Shown: positions 28,558-37,173 of the stretch, piece after piece
Position numbering within the stretch: position 1 is the stretch's first letter
How the letters are laid out: every line of letters begins with the position of its first letter
Assembly (NCBI GenBank): GCA_963705505.1
Contig: CAVPJU010000006.1
Span: forward strand, 640,001 to 704,000
DNA: 64,000 bases
Source: an uncultured bacterium
Lineage (GTDB): Bacteria > Desulfobacterota_D > UBA1144 > Nemesobacterales > UBA2774
Reading direction: 5' to 3'
Program-made: the position numbers and the translations under genes
Notes under the pieces: model-generated
What the model was told of the DNA's origin: nothing
Databases searched by the model: none
What the model saw: only the letters and a program-made list of their open reading frames with translations

Positions 28558-29286
28558 TTGATACTGAGACTGAATAGATATCTTTCCATGTGCGGTGTTG
28601 CCTCCAGGAGGAAAGCGGACGAGCTTATAGAGAGCGGGGGGGTGAGGATAAACGGGAAAGTTGTGAAGGAGCTTGGACGAAATATAGATACCGATAGTGA
28701 CAGGATCGAGGTGATGGGGAATGTATTAGAGCCCGAATTAAAAAGGTACGTTATGCTCTATAAGCCGAAGCTCTACATTACCGCGCTCGGGGAAGGGCAG
28801 GATAAGAAGAGAACCATAGAGGAGCTGATAAAGGACATACCCGAAAGGGTGTTCCCGGTGGGAAGGCTCGATTACGACGCGGAGGGCCTGATCTTGCTGA
28901 CGAACGACGGGGACCTTGCCAATAAGATACTTCATCCGAAGTACGAGATCCCGAAGGTTTACAGGGCGAGGGTGAAGGGTGTTATCGGCAAAGACGCTTT
29001 TATTGAGATGGAAAACGGCACGGAACTCGAGGACGGTCCCGCAAAGCCCGACTGGATTAAGATAATTAAACACGATAATCAATCGACCACGGTCGATTTA
29101 TCCTTTCACGAGGGCAGGAACCACCTCGTAAAGAGGTATTTCGCGAAATTCGGACATCCCGTCATGCAGCTGACCAGGATGTCCGTGGGTCCTATAAAGA
29201 TCGGGAGCCTGGAGAGAGGCAGATGGAGGAACCTCACGGATTCCGAGGTCAGAATGCTGAATCGGGCCCTGGAAAAAGGGAACTGA
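28558..29286 (+). CDS. rRNA pseudouridine synthase, RsuA/RluB family
   Basis: S4 domain RLNRYL..SRRKAD, VGRLD catalytic motif, EGRNH; TTG start after SD GGAGG. Confidence 0.93.
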   Translation: MILRLNRYLSMCGVASRRKADELIESGGVRINGKVVKELGRNIDTDSDRIEVMGNVLEPELKRYVMLYKPKLYITALGEGQDKKRTIEELIKDIPERVFPVGRLDYDAEGLILLTNDGDLANKILHPKYEIPKVYRARVKGVIGKDAFIEMENGTELEDGPAKPDWIKIIKHDNQSTTVDLSFHEGRNHLVKRYFAKFGHPVMQLTRMSVGPIKIGSLERGRWRNLTDSEVRMLNRALEKGN

Positions 29287-29420
29287 GAGGGGTCTATATC
29301 TATTTCGTTTAATATGGTAGCATTCTGCGGTGAATTGAAACTTAAAAGCTTAAAACCCTTTTACAGGCGTTTCGGTATCCTCCGAATCCGATTTTCTCAT
29401 CCGCGAGGCAAGATCCACAT

Positions 29421-30035
29421 ATGCTTATAACATTTGAAGGTATAGAAGGCAGCGGCAAATCCACACAGGCAAATCTGCTGAAGGACTTTCTGTCCGATAA
29501 GGGATATACGGTCACGGTGACCCGGGAGCCCGGGTGGGGACAGCTGGGAACACTCATCCGGACGATTATACTTGAGGAAAGGGATCTGGTGCTGGCCCCG
29601 ATGGCTGAGCTTTTTCTCTTTTGCGCCGACAGGGCCCAGCATGTAAAGGACTTTATAGAGCCCAAACTGAAAAATGGAGAAATCGTAATCTGCGACAGGT
29701 TCTACGATTCCACCATCGTGTATCAGGGATACGGAAGGAAGCTCGATATGAGACTCGTGAACAAGGCCGCGAAGGCGTCTGCACTGGATATATCCCCTGA
29801 TCTCACGTTTCTTCTCAACCTCCCCGTGAGGGAAGGATTATCGAGACTTAAGGAACGCGGGTCCATAACAAAAATGGATGAGGAGCCTCTGGAATTCCAC
29901 GAGATGATAAGGCAGGGCTATATGCTCATCGCTCGTCGTGAGCCCGAAAGGATAAAAAACATTAATGCCGATAGAGATATATCGGCTGTGCATGAAGAAG
30001 TAAGAGCGCTTGTGCTGGAGCGTATTTCGTCTTGA
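29421..30035 (+). CDS. tmk: Thymidylate kinase
   Basis: FEGIEGSGKST, TREPG, DRF..ST..YQG. Confidence 0.96.
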   Translation: MLITFEGIEGSGKSTQANLLKDFLSDKGYTVTVTREPGWGQLGTLIRTIILEERDLVLAPMAELFLFCADRAQHVKDFIEPKLKNGEIVICDRFYDSTIVYQGYGRKLDMRLVNKAAKASALDISPDLTFLLNLPVREGLSRLKERGSITKMDEEPLEFHEMIRQGYMLIARREPERIKNINADRDISAVHEEVRALVLERISS

Positions 30036-30089
30036 GAAAAGAATTGATTGCATGACGGCCGGATTTCATTCAGGGAAAAATCGACAGCG

Positions 30090-31097
30090 ATGTTCGAAGG
30101 CATAATCGGTCACGAATTTCAGAAAAATATTCTTCTCCGCGCTGCACGGGAAAATATAGTTTCTCATTCCTACCTGTTTACAGGTCCCGATGGAGTCGGG
30201 AAGAAGCTGATCGCGGTCGAATTTGCCAAGCTTTTAAACTGCCGGGCAGACGCGCCCGAAAGCATTGACCGGTGCGGCTGCGTTTCGTGCATGAAGATAG
30301 ACAAGAGGATTCACCCGGACGTAGTGCTTGTCGAATTTACGGGCGTAAAAAATATCAAAGTAGATCAGATCCGTGAGGAAATTGAAGAGAAGCTATTCCT
30401 CAGGCCCTTCGAAGGTAAGGTCAAGGTCGTAATCGTCGATGAGTCCGAGAGGATGAATCACAGCGCTCAGAACGCATTTTTAAAGACTCTCGAGGAACCG
30501 CCGCCCGACTCTTTGATAATACTCGTATCGTCCCGTCCGGAATCTCTCCTGCCCACTCTGAGATCGAGGTGTCAGATAATCGAATTTCATGCGCTTTCAG
30601 AAGATCTCGTCGCCGGAGCGGTGAGAGAGCGGAGCGGGATGTCTTCGGAAGAAGCGCTCCTGTCCTCAAGGCTTTCGGGCGGGAGTCTCGGGAAAGCGCT
30701 TACGCTCGACAGGGATATAATGGAGTGGAGAAATGAGCTTATAACGAAGCTCGGAGGTCTCCGCAGGAATTCCGCCTCGGATATTTTGAGCCTCACAGAG
30801 CATGTTTCATCGGGCGGGTCACAGGACGATGCGGAGAGGCTCGAGCTTGGTTTCAGGTTTATTTTGCTCTGGCTCCGCGACCTCGCCCTTGCCAAGATAG
30901 ATTCCGACAACCTGGCTAATTCTGATTTAAGCGAATCGATCAAAAAGGCGGCTCTTAAATGGGACATAAATGATTTGCTCGAAAGGCAGAGACATGTGGA
31001 GAAAGCTTGGTATGATATAGTCCGGGCAAATGCAAATACGAAGCTCGTTTTGGAGAACCTTTTCTTAAAATTAGCCGCAAATCCGGGAATGAGCTGA
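30090..31097 (+). CDS. holB: DNA polymerase III delta-prime subunit
   Basis: HSYLFTGPDGVGK, C..CGCVSC zinc module, HPD, NAFLKTLEEPP, TLRSRC; follows tmk. Confidence 0.93.
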   Translation: MFEGIIGHEFQKNILLRAARENIVSHSYLFTGPDGVGKKLIAVEFAKLLNCRADAPESIDRCGCVSCMKIDKRIHPDVVLVEFTGVKNIKVDQIREEIEEKLFLRPFEGKVKVVIVDESERMNHSAQNAFLKTLEEPPPDSLIILVSSRPESLLPTLRSRCQIIEFHALSEDLVAGAVRERSGMSSEEALLSSRLSGGSLGKALTLDRDIMEWRNELITKLGGLRRNSASDILSLTEHVSSGGSQDDAERLELGFRFILLWLRDLALAKIDSDNLANSDLSESIKKAALKWDINDLLERQRHVEKAWYDIVRANANTKLVLENLFLKLAANPGMS

Positions 31098-31174
31098 GTC
31101 AGTTAGTGCTGTAGAGTTCTTCTGCGGGAATAGCTTTTCGGATAATGTGGTTATAGGACGGAAATCAATTTAAA

Positions 31175-32716
31175 ATGTCTAAAGCCTTTTATGTGACGAC
31201 TCCGATATATTACGTCAACGACGTGCCTCACATCGGCCACGCTTATACGACGATCGCCGCGGACGCGATCGCAAGGTTCAGGAGACTCAAGGGGGAGAAG
31301 GTCTTTTTTCTGACCGGGACCGACGAACACGGACTGAAAATCGAGAGAACCGCCGAGGCCAGGGGCGAAAAACCCATAGAGCTTGCGAACCGGGTGGTTA
31401 AAAGATTCCAGAACCTTTCCCAGGCACTCCATATTACAAACGACGACTTTATAAGGACGACCGAGAAACGCCATGAGAAGGCGGTCACAGAGATTTTCAA
31501 GAGGATCGAGGATGCGGGCGATATATACCTCAGCGAGTATGAAGGCTGGTACGATGTGAGAAACGAGGCTTTCATAACCGATACTCAGTATGAGGAGATA
31601 ATGAGTCTCCCCGAAGACAAACGTCCTCTGATCGAAAAGGTGAAGGAGGAGAGTTATTTTTTCAGACTTTCGAACTATCAGGAGCGGCTTCTCGATCATT
31701 ACAGCAGATTCCCCGAGTTCGTTCAGCCGGGATACAGGATGAACGAGGTCGTCCGCTTTGTGGAGGGAGGCCTTAAAGACCTCAGCATAAGCCGCACCAC
31801 ATTTAACTGGGGCATTCCCGTACCGGGCAATCCCAGGCACGTCATATACGTGTGGTTCGATGCCCTTACCAATTATCTTACCGCTGCGGGTTTCCCGGAT
31901 GACCCGGAAAGGTTCAACAGCATCTGGCCTGCCGATATCCACCTCGTCGGAAAAGATATACTTCGTTTCCACACTGTTTACTGGCCGGCTTTCCTCATGT
32001 CGGCAAAACTCCCTTTGCCTAAAACGGTATTCGCGCACGGCTGGTGGACCGTCGAAGGGGAGAAGATGTCGAAATCCGTCGGCAATGTCGTCGACCCGTA
32101 TCAGGTCGCGGATGAGTTCGGGGCGGATGTTTTCAGGTACTTTCTGCTGAGGGAGATACCGTTCGGGCAGGACGGTGACTTCTCGAAAAATGCGATGGTA
32201 TCCCGGGTTAACGGCGACCTCGCAAACGGGCTCGGAAACCTGGTGAGCCGCGCGCTCGGCATGATAGAGAGATACCGCGGAGGGAAGATACCGAAGCCGG
32301 GCCCTGCCGGCGGGGGCGAAGAAGCGGTTGGGGAAGGTTCACTGTTAGCAATAAAACTGGTAGAAAACGCGCTGGCCGAGACGGCCTTTCATAAGGCGCT
32401 CGGTGCGATATGGGATTTTATAGCGCTTGTTAATAAGTACGTTGACGAAGAGGCTCCGTGGGTTCTGGCGAAAGAAAAAAAGGAGGAAAGGCTCGACACG
32501 GTGCTCTGGACCGTCTCACGGTCGATAGCTGTTATTTCAATCCTTATTTCTCCTTTTATGCCGGTATCTTCGGAGGAGATATGGAAGAGGCTGGGCTCTC
32601 AAGAACCCTTCAATTCCCTCACTCTCTCGAGTTTAAAGGATGGGGGTTTGATAAAGCCCGGTCAGGCCGTGTCCAAGGGGAGCAGCCTCTTTCCGAGATA
32701 CGAAGAAAAATCCTGA
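31175..32716 (+). CDS. metG: Methionine--tRNA ligase (short form, no C-terminal tRNA-binding domain)
   Basis: HIGH and KMSKS motifs, YVWFDAL, GKDILRFH. Confidence 0.97.
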   Translation: MSKAFYVTTPIYYVNDVPHIGHAYTTIAADAIARFRRLKGEKVFFLTGTDEHGLKIERTAEARGEKPIELANRVVKRFQNLSQALHITNDDFIRTTEKRHEKAVTEIFKRIEDAGDIYLSEYEGWYDVRNEAFITDTQYEEIMSLPEDKRPLIEKVKEESYFFRLSNYQERLLDHYSRFPEFVQPGYRMNEVVRFVEGGLKDLSISRTTFNWGIPVPGNPRHVIYVWFDALTNYLTAAGFPDDPERFNSIWPADIHLVGKDILRFHTVYWPAFLMSAKLPLPKTVFAHGWWTVEGEKMSKSVGNVVDPYQVADEFGADVFRYFLLREIPFGQDGDFSKNAMVSRVNGDLANGLGNLVSRALGMIERYRGGKIPKPGPAGGGEEAVGEGSLLAIKLVENALAETAFHKALGAIWDFIALVNKYVDEEAPWVLAKEKKEERLDTVLWTVSRSIAVISILISPFMPVSSEEIWKRLGSQEPFNSLTLSSLKDGGLIKPGQAVSKGSSLFPRYEEKS

Positions 32717-32908
32717 TTATTCTTTCCATTTAGCTATAGATGTAAACTCCGTTCTCATTCGCTACATTCGTAATAAAACCTGTTTTCCTCTTTTATATAT
32801 GCATTTTTTTGCACAATTTGGGCAATTTTTGCATTTCCGAGATCCGATAGACCCTTTCCGTCAGCAATTATTTTCTATTATTTCAACCTGTTACGCATAT
32901 AAAGGTTC

Positions 32909-32924
32909 TGGCATATTACTTGCA
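32909..32924 (+). promoter_or_regulatory. Sigma54 (-24/-12) promoter of the minor pilin operon
   Basis: TGGCAT-ATTAC-TTGCA matches TGGCAC-N5-TTGCW; IHF-like TTTCAACCTGTTA at 32881-32893. Confidence 0.8.
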
Positions 32925-32957
32925 CCTTGTAATATGTCCTATCAATATGGGGTAAAT

Positions 32958-33665
32958 ATGACTGCGCTCGGTAACCAAAAGGGTTTTACATTCACCGAAA
33001 TAATGATTGCGGTAACCATCATGGCTTTAGGATTTCTCGCGATGGCCCAGATGCAGTTTTTATCTATAAGGCAGAGGCAGCAGGCCGAAGAGGGAACAGT
33101 CGGCACGAATCTCCTTGAGTTCGTAGCCGACAGGGACATGGAAGAGGTGAAGAGGGCGCAATTGCTCAACTCCATCGCGTTCATGGAGGCGCAGGCAGGC
33201 AGGCTCGATCCCGGTAATGCTTCTGACCCACATTTACAGTATTGCAGCACCAGCAATTCGAAGAGGATGTGCGACACATGCCCCTGCAATCCTCTGGCTA
33301 AAGTGACTCCCGACCCGAGTCAGGCTCTGCAGGTAACATGCGCAGTCGTAAACGTACATGATTTCGACCCCAAGAAAGTCGTTTTTAAGAGTACGGCGGC
33401 CGGATGCTCCGGCAGTTCGGACGATTCTTTGATAGTAATAAAGCGGGTTACTTCCCAGACGGATAATTCGTCGGAACCTCCCGTGACTACTTTAGACGTA
33501 ACGTACGGCGTTAAAACAAACGAACAGTTCGCGGAAACAGGATTGAATAGTTTGAGCAAGAGGGACACGCTCGTAACGCAGAATATGGTATTCAGCGCTC
33601 ATAAGGAGGACTGGAGTCAGTTTATTCCTAATTGGACCGAGGTAAGTGTTCCGCACGTACCATGA
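32958..33665 (+). CDS. pilV: Type IV minor pilin, PilV-like
   Basis: Prepilin site QKG|FTFTE, IMALGFLAMAQMQ typical of PilV; start set at MTALG. Confidence 0.8.
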   Translation: MTALGNQKGFTFTEIMIAVTIMALGFLAMAQMQFLSIRQRQQAEEGTVGTNLLEFVADRDMEEVKRAQLLNSIAFMEAQAGRLDPGNASDPHLQYCSTSNSKRMCDTCPCNPLAKVTPDPSQALQVTCAVVNVHDFDPKKVVFKSTAAGCSGSSDDSLIVIKRVTSQTDNSSEPPVTTLDVTYGVKTNEQFAETGLNSLSKRDTLVTQNMVFSAHKEDWSQFIPNWTEVSVPHVP

Positions 33666-33674
33666 CGGTTGACG

Positions 33675-34922
33675 ATGAAAAAAGGACCGGAGACTGTGAT
33701 GAATAATAGGGGATTTACAATGATCGAGCTCATGATTGCCGTGTCCATACTGGCAATCATTATCGCGGGCATGACGATCGCTCTCCAGCAGCAGCAGAGA
33801 CAATTCAAAATGACGAAGGAAACGGTTGATGTGGACCAGACGGCAAGGGCGACTCTGAATTTCCTCGCAACTGAGATTAGGAACGCGGGCTCACGGCAGG
33901 GGAAGACATTCGCTGTTCAGTTTTTTAACGGCGGAAGCGAGGGGAATAACCCCTGCACCGTGGATACGAATAAAGCCGGGTCGGCCAACTCTCCCCCCGA
34001 TTGTATCACTTTGTATACGTGGGATATCAACCGCGGTCAGAAAGGAGAGGACTTGCCCTCAGTACCCGGTGTGATCGAAGTAATGCAGAACGATCCGCTC
34101 GTGCTTACCTTGCCGCCGCAGTGGTTCCCCGACGGTGGCAATGTATTAATCGGAGAGACCCAGGAGAATGCGGAAATCCTTCTGGGATTCAGATCCCGGA
34201 CCGCGCTCTGTAATCCCGACAGCACCGTTAACTGCAGCCTGACGCCTGACAAATGTACCGAATGCTCCGTGATTCTTCGCGCCAGCGTTGATGGAGGCGC
34301 AAAGACCGCTACGATCGATTCTGTCGACGATATAAAAGTGCATAACCTTCCGGTATCGTCATTCAGCGGGTTTTCGGATTTTATAAACGGCACGGCCGTG
34401 AACGGTGTGAATTACGGGTTTCTACCGACTTTTTCAGCACTTCCTTCTGAAATGACCATAGTTAATACAAAGACCTTGAGGGTCGACCTCCAAAACAAAT
34501 CGCTCCTATTGCAGCAGAACGGGGGTCAGGCTCAGCCTATCGCAGGCGGAGCGAACTCCCCCGGGATAGTGGATTTGCAGCTTGTATTCAATCTGCAGGA
34601 CCCCGACGGCGGGATTACGAAAGTGGGAGTTCCTCTTGCGGCAAACAACGGCCTCTATCCCGACTTTACGAATACGGCTCTTAACGGCAGGGAGCAGGAT
34701 ATAAGATCGGTCGAGATTTATCTTGTGGTCAAGTCCAAGTTAAAGCCGCGGAAGATCGAGGGCGGCCAGCTCACACAGACAATACCGGCAATGGCAGATG
34801 TGTCGCAGAGGACTGTCGCAGCGCCCTCTACTACCACTAATGAACCCCAGGAAGGGTATACATACCGTATTTTGTCCACGACTGTTTATATGAGGAATCA
34901 CTCAAGGGAGGAGTTCGGTTAA
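33675..34922 (+). CDS. pilW: Type IV minor pilin, PilW-like
   Basis: NRG|FTMIE, QTARATLNFLATEIRNAG, C-terminal TTVYMRN; alternative start 33699. Confidence 0.8.
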   Translation: MKKGPETVMNNRGFTMIELMIAVSILAIIIAGMTIALQQQQRQFKMTKETVDVDQTARATLNFLATEIRNAGSRQGKTFAVQFFNGGSEGNNPCTVDTNKAGSANSPPDCITLYTWDINRGQKGEDLPSVPGVIEVMQNDPLVLTLPPQWFPDGGNVLIGETQENAEILLGFRSRTALCNPDSTVNCSLTPDKCTECSVILRASVDGGAKTATIDSVDDIKVHNLPVSSFSGFSDFINGTAVNGVNYGFLPTFSALPSEMTIVNTKTLRVDLQNKSLLLQQNGGQAQPIAGGANSPGIVDLQLVFNLQDPDGGITKVGVPLAANNGLYPDFTNTALNGREQDIRSVEIYLVVKSKLKPRKIEGGQLTQTIPAMADVSQRTVAAPSTTTNEPQEGYTYRILSTTVYMRNHSREEFG

Positions 34923-34926
34923 GTCT

Positions 34927-35586
34927 ATGATAGAGGAAACGGGAAAGATGCAAAAGGAAGAAAGACTAAATATGAAAACGATCTCTCTCAACATGTGCGG
35001 GAATGAAAATGGAGTTGCGATAATACTCGCATTGATAATGCTGCTTGTGATGTCGGTGCTGGCGACTACGGTTTCCTTTAACTCTAATAACGATTTCCAC
35101 GCCATGTCCAATTACAAGCAGGGTCAGGAAGCTTTTCTCGCAGCCGAGGATTGCATTCAGGAGGGGAGGAACAGATTCGAGATCGTGGGGATAGAGGTTC
35201 TGTATTTCCTTCTCCAGAATAAAGGCACAATAAGTCTCTCACAAGGAGGCGCGAACGATCTGCTGGTATTGAACGAAGAGCTCGATAACGGCGCGAAGTG
35301 CAGGTCGGGTCACAGGTTCCTCGACAGCACCACTGCCGGTCCCGGCCAGATCATTGAAATCCCCCCTATTACCAAAACAATACAGAGGCCTCTTAAGAAT
35401 ACGAGTATGTCGACGAGCGCTTCGGGAGGCGCCGGCCTCGTTCCCGTATCTTTTGTCGTGACGGGTAAGGACCAGGGGGACAAGGATTTAAACGACGTGA
35501 AGAACGAGATAAACACCGGGACCGAAATCGCTGTTGGGTTCGAATCTTTTATACCCGGAAACGCGAATCAGATGTACTCGCAGTAA
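34927..35586 (+). CDS. pilX: Type IV minor pilin, PilX-like
   Basis: ENG|VAIIL without Glu5, N.K...AFLAAE..I..G pattern. Confidence 0.8.
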   Translation: MIEETGKMQKEERLNMKTISLNMCGNENGVAIILALIMLLVMSVLATTVSFNSNNDFHAMSNYKQGQEAFLAAEDCIQEGRNRFEIVGIEVLYFLLQNKGTISLSQGGANDLLVLNEELDNGAKCRSGHRFLDSTTAGPGQIIEIPPITKTIQRPLKNTSMSTSASGGAGLVPVSFVVTGKDQGDKDLNDVKNEINTGTEIAVGFESFIPGNANQMYSQ

Positions 35587-35628
35587 TACTGAGCGCATTG
35601 ACTCGTTGTCAGGAGTGATAAGATAGAC

Positions 35629-37173
35629 ATGTCGAGATTCATTACTAGACTTAAGATAGAATTTACACCGCAAAGGATAGCAATATTTTCCTTTATTTTT
35701 AGCTTGCTCCTCGTTACGGGCGCATGGGGAGACCCTATAACTAAAAACGAGGTCGAAGACCTGAACATCGTAATTTCCCAGATCGTCGGCGGCGAGCCCA
35801 ACGTCCTTTTGATAACGGATCTATCGGGATCCATGACAATAGCATCTGGTGGATCACAAGTCGGTACCTGGACTGGGGCTGCGGACGGGGGAGTCCTTAA
35901 TGCATGTGAGACCTACCAATGCGGTGGTATTGGACAATGTAGTAACTTTGTTCAACGATCCCTCGCGGCTGAGTGCGCGGAGAATATTACTAACCTCTCC
36001 GATTGTGGATCCAAATACTGTACCGGCACCCTGGGAACCTGTGACACCCAGGCACAGTTTAATAATTTACTTGCCTGCATACAGAGTAAGGGGACTGTGA
36101 CTCAGACGCAGATAAATAATGTTTTCGATAAGTGGTGCGGAAATAATAACGGTACATATAATCCGCTTAATGACGTGTGCGGTGCGAACGACGGCACTAG
36201 TCCTGACGGAACACAGGAATACGAAGGCGCGGCAGCGGCGTTTGGTTCGCTCGCGAATCTAACCCAGTGTTCGGCTACTTACTGCAGGACCAACAGCGAC
36301 CCTGCCTGTGACCTCTCCTCCGAGTATACGAATTTCCGTAACTGTATGCTCAGTAATCAGACAATAAATGTAAATAAGGTCGAAAACTGCACGGGCGGAA
36401 CTCAAAACTGCCAAGGTAAACCTGCATACGGCACCGCACGATTCGACTCACTCATGAATGTTATTTTCGACTTCCTAGACGCTGACGATTCGCTTGATGC
36501 TGCGAAGTGCGATGACCCCAGCCATTTTTATGATGGGACCAGCAATTCTATAAGTTGTCAGAACTTTATGTTCACACCGTACAGGAATGTCAGGAAATTG
36601 GTGAGAGAAGAAGGGACAAATGCTGAAAAATTACTCCCGATAACGGGAGCCGCCGATACGCCGTTGATAAATCAATTAACAGCCAATGACTGGGACCAGC
36701 TGGGAATTAGGATTCGGCCTATGACATATTCGGGACAGGGGAATTGGAACACGTGTACCAGCAGCAGTACGTTCAGACTCGGTGCGAACGGGTTTGTAAG
36801 CGGGAGCGATGCTAATCTAAGAGACGTATGGACGTTTTACAGAACACAGCAGGGTAGCGGCGGTACACCCTTGGCATGGGTTCTGGGCTTCGACGATAAA
36901 AATACAACAGGTTCACAGAACAGCAACGTAATAGACAACGATGCTATCAGGGCGTTCAAGACCGAGCTAGAGACCGATACTGCAGTCAATTGCAGGCCGG
37001 AGTTCGTGATAATAATAACTGACGGGGAGGATACCTGTTCTGGCGACCCGAACGGTCAAAGCGGTCAAACGTCAGGCAGCCTTACGACCAATGCCAACCG
37101 CAGGAGCTCGATACAGGCAGTGAGCAACCTCAGGACTTTCTACGCGAGAAACTCTGTCCAGAATGGTACGTAA
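35629..37173 (+). CDS. pilY1: PilY1-like tip adhesin, N-terminal part (signal peptide, vWA domain with Cys-rich insert); frameshifted against 37163..40516
   Basis: PNVLLITDLSGSM (MIDAS DxSxS), GGTPL, IIITDGED; stops before the last vWA strands. Confidence 0.75.
   Translation: MSRFITRLKIEFTPQRIAIFSFIFSLLLVTGAWGDPITKNEVEDLNIVISQIVGGEPNVLLITDLSGSMTIASGGSQVGTWTGAADGGVLNACETYQCGGIGQCSNFVQRSLAAECAENITNLSDCGSKYCTGTLGTCDTQAQFNNLLACIQSKGTVTQTQINNVFDKWCGNNNGTYNPLNDVCGANDGTSPDGTQEYEGAAAAFGSLANLTQCSATYCRTNSDPACDLSSEYTNFRNCMLSNQTINVNKVENCTGGTQNCQGKPAYGTARFDSLMNVIFDFLDADDSLDAAKCDDPSHFYDGTSNSISCQNFMFTPYRNVRKLVREEGTNAEKLLPITGAADTPLINQLTANDWDQLGIRIRPMTYSGQGNWNTCTSSSTFRLGANGFVSGSDANLRDVWTFYRTQQGSGGTPLAWVLGFDDKNTTGSQNSNVIDNDAIRAFKTELETDTAVNCRPEFVIIITDGEDTCSGDPNGQSGQTSGSLTTNANRRSSIQAVSNLRTFYARNSVQNGT

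Noticed and set aside
31175..32716. Short MetRS without zinc-knuckle cysteines or C-terminal domain as a novelty
   Set aside because: Short monomeric MetRS forms are well known
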